A DNA stretch of 10,306 nt from a virus (IMGVR_UViG_2541047900_000001); one strand, 5' to 3'. Shown: positions 1 through 7,879, counted from the first letter of the stretch. Numbers and translations are program-made. The notes: generated from the sequence alone by a model not told the origin.

Positions 1-14
1 ACATTATGCGCACC
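1..14 (-). other. Partial dif site (XerC arm plus first 3 bases of the central region), truncated by the window edge
   Basis: Bases 1-14 ACATTATGCGCACC are the exact reverse complement of GGTGCGCATAATGT, i.e. the XerC arm GGTGCGCATAA plus TGT of the central region of the E. coli-type 28-bp dif site. The rest of the site would lie left of the window. Confidence 0.75.
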
Positions 15-154
15 AATGGTAAGGATGGCAGAATCTGGCGGGAATCGTTGACACTGGCCGTCAACTGGCTACTATCGACAGTGATTCAAAATCATCCGTT
101 TCTCCAAACGAATCAGAATCAAATGTCTGTCAGCAGTAAGTGAACGGCCTGACC

Positions 155-403
155 TCACCAATCAGGCCTGTTCATCCAGTTAGTTGGTAAATCTGTACCT
201 GATACACGAGAATCAAACACCACTTCTTCAGTGCCATCACCATGATGCCGGATAATCTGGTAACCGGATTGCGGGTTCTGGCTCTCAGCTTCATAAGCAG
301 CCCGGAATGCTGGATCTTTGAGAAGCATCACTTTCAGCTCCTGATGTGTCATGAATTTTTCCATGATAAGCCCCGATGAATGCTGCCGCGCCGAATCAGC
401 CAT
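155..403 (-). CDS. Hypothetical small protein (82 aa) in the cargo position downstream of the secretin; start codon uncertain
   Basis: Intact ORF. No convincing Shine-Dalgarno at the annotated start, and internal Met codons (MEKFM..., MTHQELK...) are alternative starts. No family assigned. Confidence 0.4.
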   Translation of the reverse strand: MADSARQHSSGLIMEKFMTHQELKVMLLKDPAFRAAYEAESQNPQSGYQIIRHHGDGTEEVVFDSRVSGTDLPTNWMNRPDW

Positions 404-548
404 AACGCTGAAAATGGAAACTGTACGGCTTGGCCAACCCCGGACAGCAACAAAACAAGTTTTGTCACTGACCGGCGTTATCTTTCAAAACAGACAGTTA
501 ACGATTTTTTGTCTGGTGTTTATGCGTGAAATTTCGTGCGTACGAAAT

Positions 549-797
549 TCACCACCAATAAACAAACGGACGATGACTGACCGGAAAAGCAATGCCGTCA
601 GCATCATGACCACGCATTACCTGATTGAGAAGCCTTCTGACTTCACGACGCTCAGGCCTGGTCATCATCATATTGCGATACCAGGACGGCGATTTATCAA
701 ACCATCTGGCACAACTGGCAAAATGTGAACCTACACGACGATAAGACTTAAGGCGTCCACCGGGAAGTCGGTCACGCGCCTTATTTTTTACAGACAT
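549..797 (-). CDS. Hypothetical small basic protein (82 aa), cargo gene immediately downstream of the secretin
   Basis: ORF preceded on the minus strand by AGAGGA, 6 nt, ATG (strong Shine-Dalgarno). Arg/Lys-rich translation. No family recognised. Confidence 0.5.
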   Translation of the reverse strand: MSVKNKARDRLPGGRLKSYRRVGSHFASCARWFDKSPSWYRNMMMTRPERREVRRLLNQVMRGHDADGIAFPVSHRPFVYWW

Positions 798-885
798 AAT
801 AAATCCTCTAAGTAACTGAATACCTAGAAGATGTCGTACTGTTCATACCCCATAAAAGTTAACGCCATAATAAAAATCCATACAA

Positions 886-2130
886 TCAGTTCAGGTTGTC
901 CCGGAACAGTTCACCGCTCCTCGCGGCGCTGCGGGGCGTCGCCCTGCTCCGGTCAACCTTTCTGACCTGAAGCATCACCATAATATCAGTCTTGTTGCTT
1001 TCACTGGTACGGGAACCGAAGAAGCTCCAGCCGGAACTGGCCTTACTGTCTTTCTGTTCAGCAAGGCCACCAAGTAAAATAATATCACCATCTGCAAGGC
1101 TGACTTCGGTTGTTACATCACGCTTGATAAGGGTTGGCGAGTTATTGACGCCGGTTTCAGTGGTCACAAAGTTGGAAAGCTGCTGCTGAATCTTGAGATC
1201 CATTGTCCGACTTTTGATTGATGGCGTCACGTTAAACAAAACACCGCTGGAACGATATTCAACGGATTGCGTTGTCGTATTGTTATTCACCGTAACACTG
1301 CCCAGTACTGGCACATCAGAGCCGACTGAAAAAGACGCTGAGGCATTATTTTTTACCCGCAGTCGTGGCGCACTGACAACAGTAAAACGACTGTCGGTTT
1401 TCAGCAGATTGAAAATGGCATCAATGGAGCCGGTTCGAATATTGATAAAATTATCCAGTCCGGCAGCACCAACTGAAATATTGAATTTATCAGACAGAAT
1501 TTTAGCCGCTAAAAGAATGCCGGAGCCGTCAGACTGCGAGGTCTGAACCTCAAAAACATAACCAGAAACAACCACTTCATCACTCATCGTATCCAGCGAA
1601 GTGACCAGTGTTTTCAGGATGGCGATATCCTCTTTCGTACCATAATAAACCAGAATATCACCGGTTCGATTGATGTAGTTGCTTGCCCCTGATGAACCTT
1701 TTAGCGAATCGTCAGAAATCACGGCTCCACTGTTATTGAAGGAGCCTGAAACGTAGCCGCCAAGAATATCAGACAGGTAAGCAACAGAACGGTACTGAGG
1801 CGTATAAGTCCATGTATAACGTGGCTTAACCGGCTCTTTCGGCGTATAGGGCGCGATAAAATCAACACCCTTTTTCGTCCATATTCGAATGTTCATATTG
1901 CCAAGATAACGGGTTACAAATTCCCGTTCATCAATATCAGGTGTTAACCTGAATGTAATCATTCGTTCATCATTAACAAGCTGTGGATCTAGCATATACG
2001 GGACTTTAAGCACCTCACTGTAAATAAGAGAAATAGCCTCCGGTAGCTTGACTTTATTTAATTCAAGCTCTGACCCTGCGAAAGCACATGAAGAAAATAG
2101 TAGCGTTAATGCGAGTAAAATCTTTTTCAT
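886..2130 (-). CDS. Filamentous-phage pIV-type outer-membrane secretin
   Basis: 414 aa with N-terminal signal peptide MKKILLALTLLFSSCAFA. C-terminal half has the secretin-like pattern (VVSAPRL..., SVG..VP..., ILLGGL) resembling Ff gene IV protein. Its ATG overlaps the upstream gene's TAA by 1 nt (2130). Confidence 0.88.
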   Translation of the reverse strand: MKKILLALTLLFSSCAFAGSELELNKVKLPEAISLIYSEVLKVPYMLDPQLVNDERMITFRLTPDIDEREFVTRYLGNMNIRIWTKKGVDFIAPYTPKEPVKPRYTWTYTPQYRSVAYLSDILGGYVSGSFNNSGAVISDDSLKGSSGASNYINRTGDILVYYGTKEDIAILKTLVTSLDTMSDEVVVSGYVFEVQTSQSDGSGILLAAKILSDKFNISVGAAGLDNFINIRTGSIDAIFNLLKTDSRFTVVSAPRLRVKNNASASFSVGSDVPVLGSVTVNNNTTTQSVEYRSSGVLFNVTPSIKSRTMDLKIQQQLSNFVTTETGVNNSPTLIKRDVTTEVSLADGDIILLGGLAEQKDSKASSGWSFFGSRTSESNKTDIMVMLQVRKVDRSRATPRSAARSGELFRDNLN

Positions 2131-3155
2131 TATTTTTTCCCCGTATAAAGCGTCACACGCTCACCATCAATAATTCCGCTCATCAACATCCCTTTGTAAT
2201 TAAAACTGGATGCAGGAACGGCACGCAAAACACCGGCACCGTTAACAAGAATCACAAACGCCCTGCCTTCACTGGTCATTCTCCCTGATATACGCCACTC
2301 GGTTGAAAGTGGCGGTTCAGCTGGTTCTGAGGGAGTATCTGGTGCTGGAGTAGCAGCGGAAGAACGAAACATGGCCGCATCACGTACATCTGTTGTAGTC
2401 AAATCTGGCGAGGGATCGCTTCGGCCAAACGTGCTGAAAAATGAGTAAATCAGCCAGCCTGACCCGATAAACATCAATGGAAAAAGCACAAGAAAGAACC
2501 TGACTTTGCCAGAATTCCAGATGCTCTGGCGTTTATCTGTCTGCTTTTCATTACCGTTATTTCCTTCATAACTTTTGTAAAGTTCAAAAATATCAGGGTT
2601 ATATTTATTGCGATAACTGGTGACGAGGTTGCTTTTATAGATTTTGTGGCCTGAATATACGTCAATGCAATAATGATTATTCAGGCCCAACGCTTTCAGC
2701 TTGCGCATCCGGTAAGTTGTTTCTATTTTGTCTTTCAGAAAGCGAGCAATATTAGAAAGTGACTGATTTACAATAACCAAATCACAGCTAATACCCGTTT
2801 CAGGGTGCGTAAAATGACGATGTTCAGCAATAAATGATTTCTTCTCAGCCGTCATATCCTTATCGCTACCGAAGATTCGCCATGCTTCATCAATAACAAT
2901 TAAATCACCAAACTGGCAAAAGCTCCCTTCCCCACCTTTAAAAGGAAAGAAATCTGCTTTAAGCACATCATCATTATCCACAACAATAATTTCTCCCGTT
3001 GCATCAGGATAACGTTCGGTGATTTTATCTTTTTGTAAACCATAAATGTTCGTCACAACTCTCCGGCCGCTGGTAAATGCCGGAATAATGACATTGTAAA
3101 CGGCTTCATAACTTTTTCCTGAGCCGGGTATGCCAATATATGCAGAAATAGCCAT
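2130..3155 (-). CDS. pI / Zot-family phage assembly ATPase
   Basis: 341 aa; Walker A P-loop GIPGSGKS at residues 8-15; central hydrophobic helix (FFLVLFPLMFIGSGWLIYSFF); Pro/Ser/Thr-rich C-terminal region. Position directly upstream of the secretin as in Ff, CTX-phi (zot). Confidence 0.88.
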   Translation of the reverse strand: MAISAYIGIPGSGKSYEAVYNVIIPAFTSGRRVVTNIYGLQKDKITERYPDATGEIIVVDNDDVLKADFFPFKGGEGSFCQFGDLIVIDEAWRIFGSDKDMTAEKKSFIAEHRHFTHPETGISCDLVIVNQSLSNIARFLKDKIETTYRMRKLKALGLNNHYCIDVYSGHKIYKSNLVTSYRNKYNPDIFELYKSYEGNNGNEKQTDKRQSIWNSGKVRFFLVLFPLMFIGSGWLIYSFFSTFGRSDPSPDLTTTDVRDAAMFRSSAATPAPDTPSEPAEPPLSTEWRISGRMTSEGRAFVILVNGAGVLRAVPASSFNYKGMLMSGIIDGERVTLYTGKK

Positions 3156-3158
3156 AAC

Positions 3159-3446
3159 TCACCCTATAACAGGAATACGTCGAATAATAAAACGAGTAGC
3201 CATTGCGGAGATAATCATACTAATCCCCTGTGGTAATTTACTCAGGTTAATGAAGTACCAGAATCCGTCTGATAAATTGGCAAACAGCGATGAGAGATTG
3301 CTTGAATCTGGCAGTAACTCAACAAGGATTTCAACGAAGCCCTGGACTACAAAATACAGCGCAAAGAATACGACGAATTTAATAATCAATGACCGGAATA
3401 CAAAACCTAACAAAGTATTTAATGCACTAATCAGAATCCCAAACAT
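3159..3446 (-). CDS. pVI-like minor coat / membrane protein
   Basis: 95 aa, strongly hydrophobic; AAGGAG Shine-Dalgarno 7 nt upstream of ATG; lies between the pIII-like and pI genes as gene VI does in Ff phages. Confidence 0.6.
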   Translation of the reverse strand: MFGILISALNTLLGFVFRSLIIKFVVFFALYFVVQGFVEILVELLPDSSNLSSLFANLSDGFWYFINLSKLPQGISMIISAMATRFIIRRIPVIG

Positions 3447-3458
3447 AGTTGCACTCCT

Positions 3459-5171
3459 TTAGGCACTCAGAATAATACGGAGCGCAACAAATCCCCATAT
3501 AATCAGAAATATGGTTTCTACGGCGCTTCTGTTCTGCTCAATTAACGGACAATGGGAGTCAATTCTGTACTGGTGATTAAACACGCTGAATTCAACAACG
3601 GGGCAGGATGCTGAACGAGAGCCGATGTTAAATTCGTTTGTAAAAGGCAACAAGTTAATAATTGGCGTTAAAATATCTCTTGCCGTTGGCGTTTCTTCAA
3701 GCTCAGGCTCTTTTACACCGGGATCTTCTCCCAAATCTATATTGCCATTATTTCCAGTGTCAGATCCTGAGTTGTTATTAATGGTAATATCAATATTGAC
3801 GTCAGCCCCTGCACTGTCAGATACAGGTGAAAGCATATCTAATAACGTTGGAGATAGCCTAAGTTCCGACATCGCAGAAGTTACTTCAGCCGGTGAAACC
3901 TCTTTAAACGGTAAGCCGTTATAATCGGCATTAACGGCAGCTTCAGACCACAGCTCGTTAATCATGTCGGCAAGAAGTGCTGGCGATACACTAACACTAT
4001 CAAGATACTCCAGATAATCAATCATGGACTCAATATTTCCGGCCTCCAGTACTTCCGTCATGGCTTTATATTTGGTATTGGTCCAGATAGTAAGCTCACT
4101 CTTTTCATCAATATCTTTTGCGGTGTAATCCTCTTTTTCAGGAACGGCGCAAATCGTCGAATATCCACCATTTGACTGATTAGTCGTTTTACAAGGCGTG
4201 TTGTGATACTGATATTGCTTTCCTGCTGTTAAATAAGCAACGCTGTAATACATGGGAAGCCCTGCTACATTTTCATACATGGGAATACCTGCGGGAAATG
4301 AAGATGCGGCCGGGTTGCTATACAAGTGTGTAATCTCAGGTATTTCATAAAATGAGGAAGGATAAGTAAACTTATAATTCTGTTCAGTAAAGGATACATC
4401 TCCATTACTGTTGACAACTTTATTCGTCACAGTGCGTTCAAAATTCGTTAGTGTTTCAGTATAAGTACGCGAGTTATAGTCATTAAGATAATTTCTGGCA
4501 ATTTCAGTTGGATTATCACCATAGTAATAAATTAGCTCTTTCGAATCCTGATAATAATAAAGTGCATTATCTGGCGTGGAATATCCTGTTTCAACACCTA
4601 CAACTGGAGAACCCGCATCCACATTATTACGACTAACATGAAGGATTACCGGACTTAATTCCTGTGGTTCAAAATTAACGGTTATCGTCTTACTTTCACC
4701 ACTTTGACCACTGTACGTTACTTCATATAAATTATCGGAAATCTTTTTACCGTTAGTCATTACCATTACCGAGCCGTCAGATGAACTCAAAGAAGACGGA
4801 ACAAAAGATGATACAGCAGCAGCAATACCCGCCCACGTTGCAACACCGCTCATTTTGTATGATGAGGCAGCAGGCAAGTATTCGGCAGCATTAGCCGCAG
4901 CGCGGCCAACAAAAACACGGGTTGCTGTAAGCTGTGATGCCGTATAAATCGCATCATTGGCAGCAAAGCGACGAACAAGCACCCGGCCAACGACTTTAGG
5001 AATAACAGCCCGCGCAGCCACTGCTGCAATTGCTGGTACAAATGAATATGAATATCGGGGAAAGGAAACCCAGAGAAAGGAAAAAATAAAGGAATAAACC
5101 GTCAGCCTCTTAGCCCAAGAATAACGACATAAGCTGAGACGATCCCCCATAAAAGGGAACCCAATTTCCAT
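3459..5171 (-). CDS. pIII-like adsorption (receptor-binding) minor coat protein
   Basis: 570 aa; GGAG Shine-Dalgarno 7 nt upstream of the ATG at 5171; Gly/Ser/Asn-rich linker (NNNSGSDTGNNGN); C-terminal hydrophobic anchor (TIFLIIWGFVALRIIL); position after the major coat gene. The exact N-terminus is uncertain. Confidence 0.65.
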   Translation of the reverse strand: MEIGFPFMGDRLSLCRYSWAKRLTVYSFIFSFLWVSFPRYSYSFVPAIAAVAARAVIPKVVGRVLVRRFAANDAIYTASQLTATRVFVGRAAANAAEYLPAASSYKMSGVATWAGIAAAVSSFVPSSLSSSDGSVMVMTNGKKISDNLYEVTYSGQSGESKTITVNFEPQELSPVILHVSRNNVDAGSPVVGVETGYSTPDNALYYYQDSKELIYYYGDNPTEIARNYLNDYNSRTYTETLTNFERTVTNKVVNSNGDVSFTEQNYKFTYPSSFYEIPEITHLYSNPAASSFPAGIPMYENVAGLPMYYSVAYLTAGKQYQYHNTPCKTTNQSNGGYSTICAVPEKEDYTAKDIDEKSELTIWTNTKYKAMTEVLEAGNIESMIDYLEYLDSVSVSPALLADMINELWSEAAVNADYNGLPFKEVSPAEVTSAMSELRLSPTLLDMLSPVSDSAGADVNIDITINNNSGSDTGNNGNIDLGEDPGVKEPELEETPTARDILTPIINLLPFTNEFNIGSRSASCPVVEFSVFNHQYRIDSHCPLIEQNRSAVETIFLIIWGFVALRIILSA

Positions 5172-5195
5172 AATTCAATCTCCATAATAACCTCA

Positions 5196-5222
5196 AGTAA
5201 AACGGGCGATATTGCATCGCCC
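5196..5222 (-). terminator. Putative rho-independent terminator between the major coat and pIII-like genes
   Basis: Inverted repeat GGGCGAT (5204-5210) / ATCGCCC (5216-5222) with 5-nt loop, followed on the minus strand by GTTTTAC. Ff phages carry a terminator at the same place after gene VIII. Confidence 0.5.
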
Positions 5223-5235
5223 ATGAATAATGAAT

Positions 5236-5469
5236 TTATGCGGATTTAACGGTACGCAATACCCAGCGAACGCCAGCGACACCGGCATAAAGTGTTACCA
5301 GTGAAGCAGCAACGGCCATAATCGCAACCAGAACTGTACTGAAATCAATGCTGTTCGTCAGCGGCGATAAATCAACACCACTTGATGCCGCTCCTTCTGC
5401 AGCGAAAGTCGCGCCAGAAACAGCCATTAATGCAGGTACAGCCAGAAAATTAACGTTTTTTTTAAACAT
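5236..5469 (-). CDS. pVIII-type major coat protein precursor
   Basis: 77 aa; signal peptide MFKKNVNFLAVPALMAVSGATFA then a ~54-aa mature peptide with acidic N-terminus, hydrophobic core and basic C-terminus (RWVLRTVKSA). GGAGA Shine-Dalgarno 7 nt upstream. Confidence 0.85.
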   Translation of the reverse strand: MFKKNVNFLAVPALMAVSGATFAAEGAASSGVDLSPLTNSIDFSTVLVAIMAVAASLVTLYAGVAGVRWVLRTVKSA

Positions 5470-5503
5470 AACTCTATCTCCATTACATTTTAAAGGTTCG
5501 CAT

Positions 5504-5755
5504 TCAAGCAGTACGAACCATCTTTATTACCTGTCCCACACCTACAGAAAAAAGCCAGAGCAGCAGGACAGAGCCAAAACCTAATGTCCAGTAATTTCCC
5601 ATTGCAGAATAATCAATTTGATGAAATGGTTCAGAACGTACCATTATTGCCTGACATTCTTTTGCATTGTTCGCATTACATAAATAACCTTCAATACGGT
5701 AACCATTTTCAGGAATATGATTATCAAACTGAATATCGAAACCTGATGTATCCAT
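5504..5755 (-). CDS. Small protein with C-terminal transmembrane helix; possible minor coat/assembly protein (pVII/pIX analogue)
   Basis: 83 aa; C-terminal hydrophobic segment LGFGSVLLLWLFSVGVGQVI; start 2 nt after the upstream gene's stop (TGATTATG), suggesting translational coupling; sits between the ssDNA-binding and major coat genes. Confidence 0.45.
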   Translation of the reverse strand: MDTSGFDIQFDNHIPENGYRIEGYLCNANNAKECQAIMVRSEPFHQIDYSAMGNYWTLGFGSVLLLWLFSVGVGQVIKMVRTA

Positions 5756-5757
5756 AA

Positions 5758-6075
5758 TCAGCCTTTTATTTCAGTAATGCCGCCATCTGATGAAATGTTA
5801 TAAGTTACTCCTTCCCTCCCCTCCATTGACCAGACGCGAACATATACAGGTATCTGGACTAACTTACCGATAAAATTATTTGCCTGATTCATTACACCGG
5901 CATTAACAAGAGCCTGAGATACACGAATAATAATCTGGTCTTGCTTAGTGCCGCCAAAACCATCAGGAATCTCTAAGCCAACACCAATTTCATTATAGTA
6001 TCCCTGACCATTGACCTTATTACGCTGGCGAGCACCAAGCATTTTACCTTTTACAAAAAGACCATAATTAGACAT
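5758..6075 (-). CDS. Probable ssDNA-binding protein (gene V analogue)
   Basis: 105 aa; AAGGAG Shine-Dalgarno; immediately downstream of the replication gene, where gene V lies in inoviruses. Assigned mainly by synteny and size. Confidence 0.55.
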   Translation of the reverse strand: MSNYGLFVKGKMLGARQRNKVNGQGYYNEIGVGLEIPDGFGGTKQDQIIIRVSQALVNAGVMNQANNFIGKLVQIPVYVRVWSMEGREGVTYNISSDGGITEIKG

Positions 6076-6086
6076 ATCACTCTCCT

Positions 6087-7139
6087 TTAATGCCAGTTAC
6101 TGGCATGTGAAATACGGTTATAATCGAAAATTAAACCTTTCTCATAAACCCATGATGGAATTTTGGCTGGTTTGGCTTCAAGAGTACGAACCAACGGAAC
6201 AACGTTATTAGAATCCGGTGACTCACAATAAAAGTTAATATCTATTCCGAAAGAAAGTAATTCTTTACGGTGTCGGTAGAATGTAGGTTTCGGTAACATC
6301 TCTTTCATGTTCGCGCCCTGCTTCCACAATAAATATGTAGACTGTATTTTTCTTGGGAGATTAATTATTTTTTCATCAGTTAATATAGTATTTTGATTCA
6401 TTTCTATTCTCCCTACATAGTCAGAGAATAATTTATTGGGCGTCTCAATATTCCAGCTATTACCAAGCGTAAGATTCAAATCAATTAATTCAGTTGTTCT
6501 TAATGTTAATTCAATGCGTAATTTATCTTTTGACCAGTCCAGTAAACCAGCTTTAACGAATTCGTCTGCCATCTGGTGCCCTTTTTTGCCAGATGTATGC
6601 TCATCATATTTTGAATAAAATTTCAGGCTCCAACGACGGGAGTTTTTCCCTAAGTAAACAGTGCCACCTTTACCACAGGCGCGACCGTGGCGAGTTTTAG
6701 CTTTAAATTCTGCGGCATATAACCATGCGCGGACATTTTCTAATGTTGACAATGAATACATGTAATTGATATCGATGCGCGAGATCTTAAATTGCCCTTC
6801 CATGACCTGCCGATAGGATGGTAGATCATGAGGAATATGCAGTAATGCCAATATTCTGGCGTAAGCTGTTAACACCAACCCTTGCAAATCGTCGGAACCG
6901 ATAACAGAGTGACCTTGCAAAAACTTTGATGGATTACCGTCAATGTAGAGATGTGTTGCCCGACCTTCACCATCAGATCCAACAGACCTTACTTTCATTG
7001 TGGACTCATGCGAACCGCGAACGGTCAACCGTTTTACTGTTTCCCACTCCACTGCACCGTCAGCATCGACGCTGACGACACTACCAGCCGGTAACGGTCG
7101 GTGTGTGCAAGGCAGGATTCCGGTAAACCAGTCGATCAT
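6087..7139 (-). CDS. Rolling-circle replication initiation protein (gene II / RstA-like)
   Basis: 350 aa; first gene of the minus-strand module, divergent from the HTH repressor as rstA is from rstR in CTX-phi. Size and position typical of inovirus replication initiators. Confidence 0.8.
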   Translation of the reverse strand: MIDWFTGILPCTHRPLPAGSVVSVDADGAVEWETVKRLTVRGSHESTMKVRSVGSDGEGRATHLYIDGNPSKFLQGHSVIGSDDLQGLVLTAYARILALLHIPHDLPSYRQVMEGQFKISRIDINYMYSLSTLENVRAWLYAAEFKAKTRHGRACGKGGTVYLGKNSRRWSLKFYSKYDEHTSGKKGHQMADEFVKAGLLDWSKDKLRIELTLRTTELIDLNLTLGNSWNIETPNKLFSDYVGRIEMNQNTILTDEKIINLPRKIQSTYLLWKQGANMKEMLPKPTFYRHRKELLSFGIDINFYCESPDSNNVVPLVRTLEAKPAKIPSWVYEKGLIFDYNRISHASNWH

Positions 7140-7277
7140 AAGTAGTCACACCCATCAAAATATGTGTCAATAGTCATTTGTGAGCAGATTGAATGGTCAC
7201 AATGTAATATGCTCAGATCTGACAGTCAATACATTTGCAATGTTTAAATTGTCAAAAATGAGCATCAAATCTAACTA
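7140..7277. promoter_or_regulatory. Divergent control region between replication gene and repressor (copy 1); probable promoters, operators and possibly the origin
   Basis: 138-bp AT-rich spacer between divergent genes. Contains a perfect 10-bp palindrome TCAGATCTGA (7213..7222), an inverted repeat TGTGA...TCACA (7180..7200) and three TGTCAA-like motifs (7165-7171, 7224-7230, 7250-7256). Exact -35/-10 elements could not be assigned. Confidence 0.55.
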
Positions 7278-7712
7278 TTGATGAAGTTATGGCGGACAAA
7301 CAGAGAGCAGAACGGTATCAAAAAGGTAATTCTGGAACACTCGACTTATGAAGAACTGGCCGAGAAGACTGGCATTAGCGTGAGTACGCTGGTCAGGATA
7401 GCGTCCGGCAAAACTGAACCTAAATTCAGTGACATCATTCAGATAGCTAAAATTACGGGTGCAGACTTAAACACCTTAGCTTATGGCTATGCTCTTGATG
7501 TTAAAGAAGAAGCTACCGAGCGGAAGCTAATCACTTCTGCGGATGGATATACTGATGAAGAAACCACTAACGCACATAATTTCATCGTGTGGAACATCAG
7601 GACACTGGAAAAACAAGATATTCTGGCACTCGCAAGGCAGGTTTCTGCCTTAAGTTCATACACTTACAGTACTAAAATGTTTATGAAAAAAGCGGTGTCT
7701 GGAGAAGAGTAA
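7278..7712 (+). CDS. HTH (XRE/Cro-C1-type) repressor, copy 1 with altered 5' end; possibly non-functional
   Basis: 144 aa, identical to copy 2 from IKKVILEH onward. Lacks the 46-bp segment carrying copy 2's Shine-Dalgarno and start, begins at TTG/ATG without a recognisable ribosome-binding site, and an extra G changes the first ~12 residues. Confidence 0.45.
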   Translation: MMKLWRTNREQNGIKKVILEHSTYEELAEKTGISVSTLVRIASGKTEPKFSDIIQIAKITGADLNTLAYGYALDVKEEATERKLITSADGYTDEETTNAHNFIVWNIRTLEKQDILALARQVSALSSYTYSTKMFMKKAVSGEE

Positions 7713-7726
7713 AAGGATTAACAGTC

Positions 7727-7879
7727 TCAGGAATGAGACAAACGTGCAGTATTACCGCGAACGGTCAACCGTTTTACTGTTTCCCACTCCACTGCACCGT
7801 CAGCATCGACGCTGACGACACTACCAGCCGGTAACGGTCGGTGTGTGCAAGGCAGGATTCCGGTAAACCAGTCGATCAT
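7727..7879 (-). pseudogene. Truncated duplicate of the replication gene 5' end (42 native codons plus 8 out-of-frame codons)
   Basis: 7754..7879 matches 7014..7139 (rep codons 1-42); reading continues into the reverse complement of the repressor copy 1 3' region and stops after 8 codons. Confidence 0.8.

Larger units (their letters stand above)
7014..7753. repeat. Tandem direct repeat, unit 1 (740 bp): rep 5' end, divergent control region, repressor variant
   Basis: 7014..7753 matches 7754..8538 apart from a 46-bp segment (8021..8066) present only in unit 2 and one extra G at 7314/7315 in unit 1. Junction shows 3-bp microhomology ACC. Confidence 0.9.

Noticed and set aside
47-65. Short inverted repeat GTTGAC / GTCAAC near the left end
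   Set aside because: 6-bp stem, no adjacent T-run on either strand, and within chance expectation for a window of this size.
351-728. 125-aa plus-strand ORF spanning the gap between the two minus-strand cargo ORFs
   Set aside because: No ribosome-binding site, low-complexity non-protein-like translation, and it overlaps two minus-strand ORFs, one of which has a strong Shine-Dalgarno. Kept as a caveat that the cargo region gene structure is uncertain.
992-1546. Plus-strand ORFs 992..1189 and 1193..1546 inside the secretin gene
   Set aside because: Antisense shadow ORFs within a well-supported secretin coding region.
2088-2665. ORFs 2088..2288 (+) and 2474..2665 (-) inside the pI/Zot gene
   Set aside because: Embedded in or out of frame with the P-loop ATPase gene; no independent support.
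3130-3462. 110-aa plus-strand ORF overlapping the pVI-like gene
   Set aside because: Antisense to a hydrophobic minus-strand ORF that has a canonical AAGGAG ribosome-binding site and fits the phage gene order.
3625-5041. ORFs 3625..3924 (+) and 4850..5041 (-) within the pIII-like gene, and an internal pIII start at 4853
   Set aside because: Both small ORFs are alternative-frame or antisense shadows. The internal ATG at 4853 lacks a Shine-Dalgarno whereas the ATG at 5171 has GGAG at optimal spacing.
5348-5584. 78-aa plus-strand ORF overlapping the major coat gene and the 83-aa gene
   Set aside because: Antisense to two well-supported minus-strand genes.
6436-6618. 60-aa plus-strand ORF inside the replication gene
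   Set aside because: Antisense shadow ORF.
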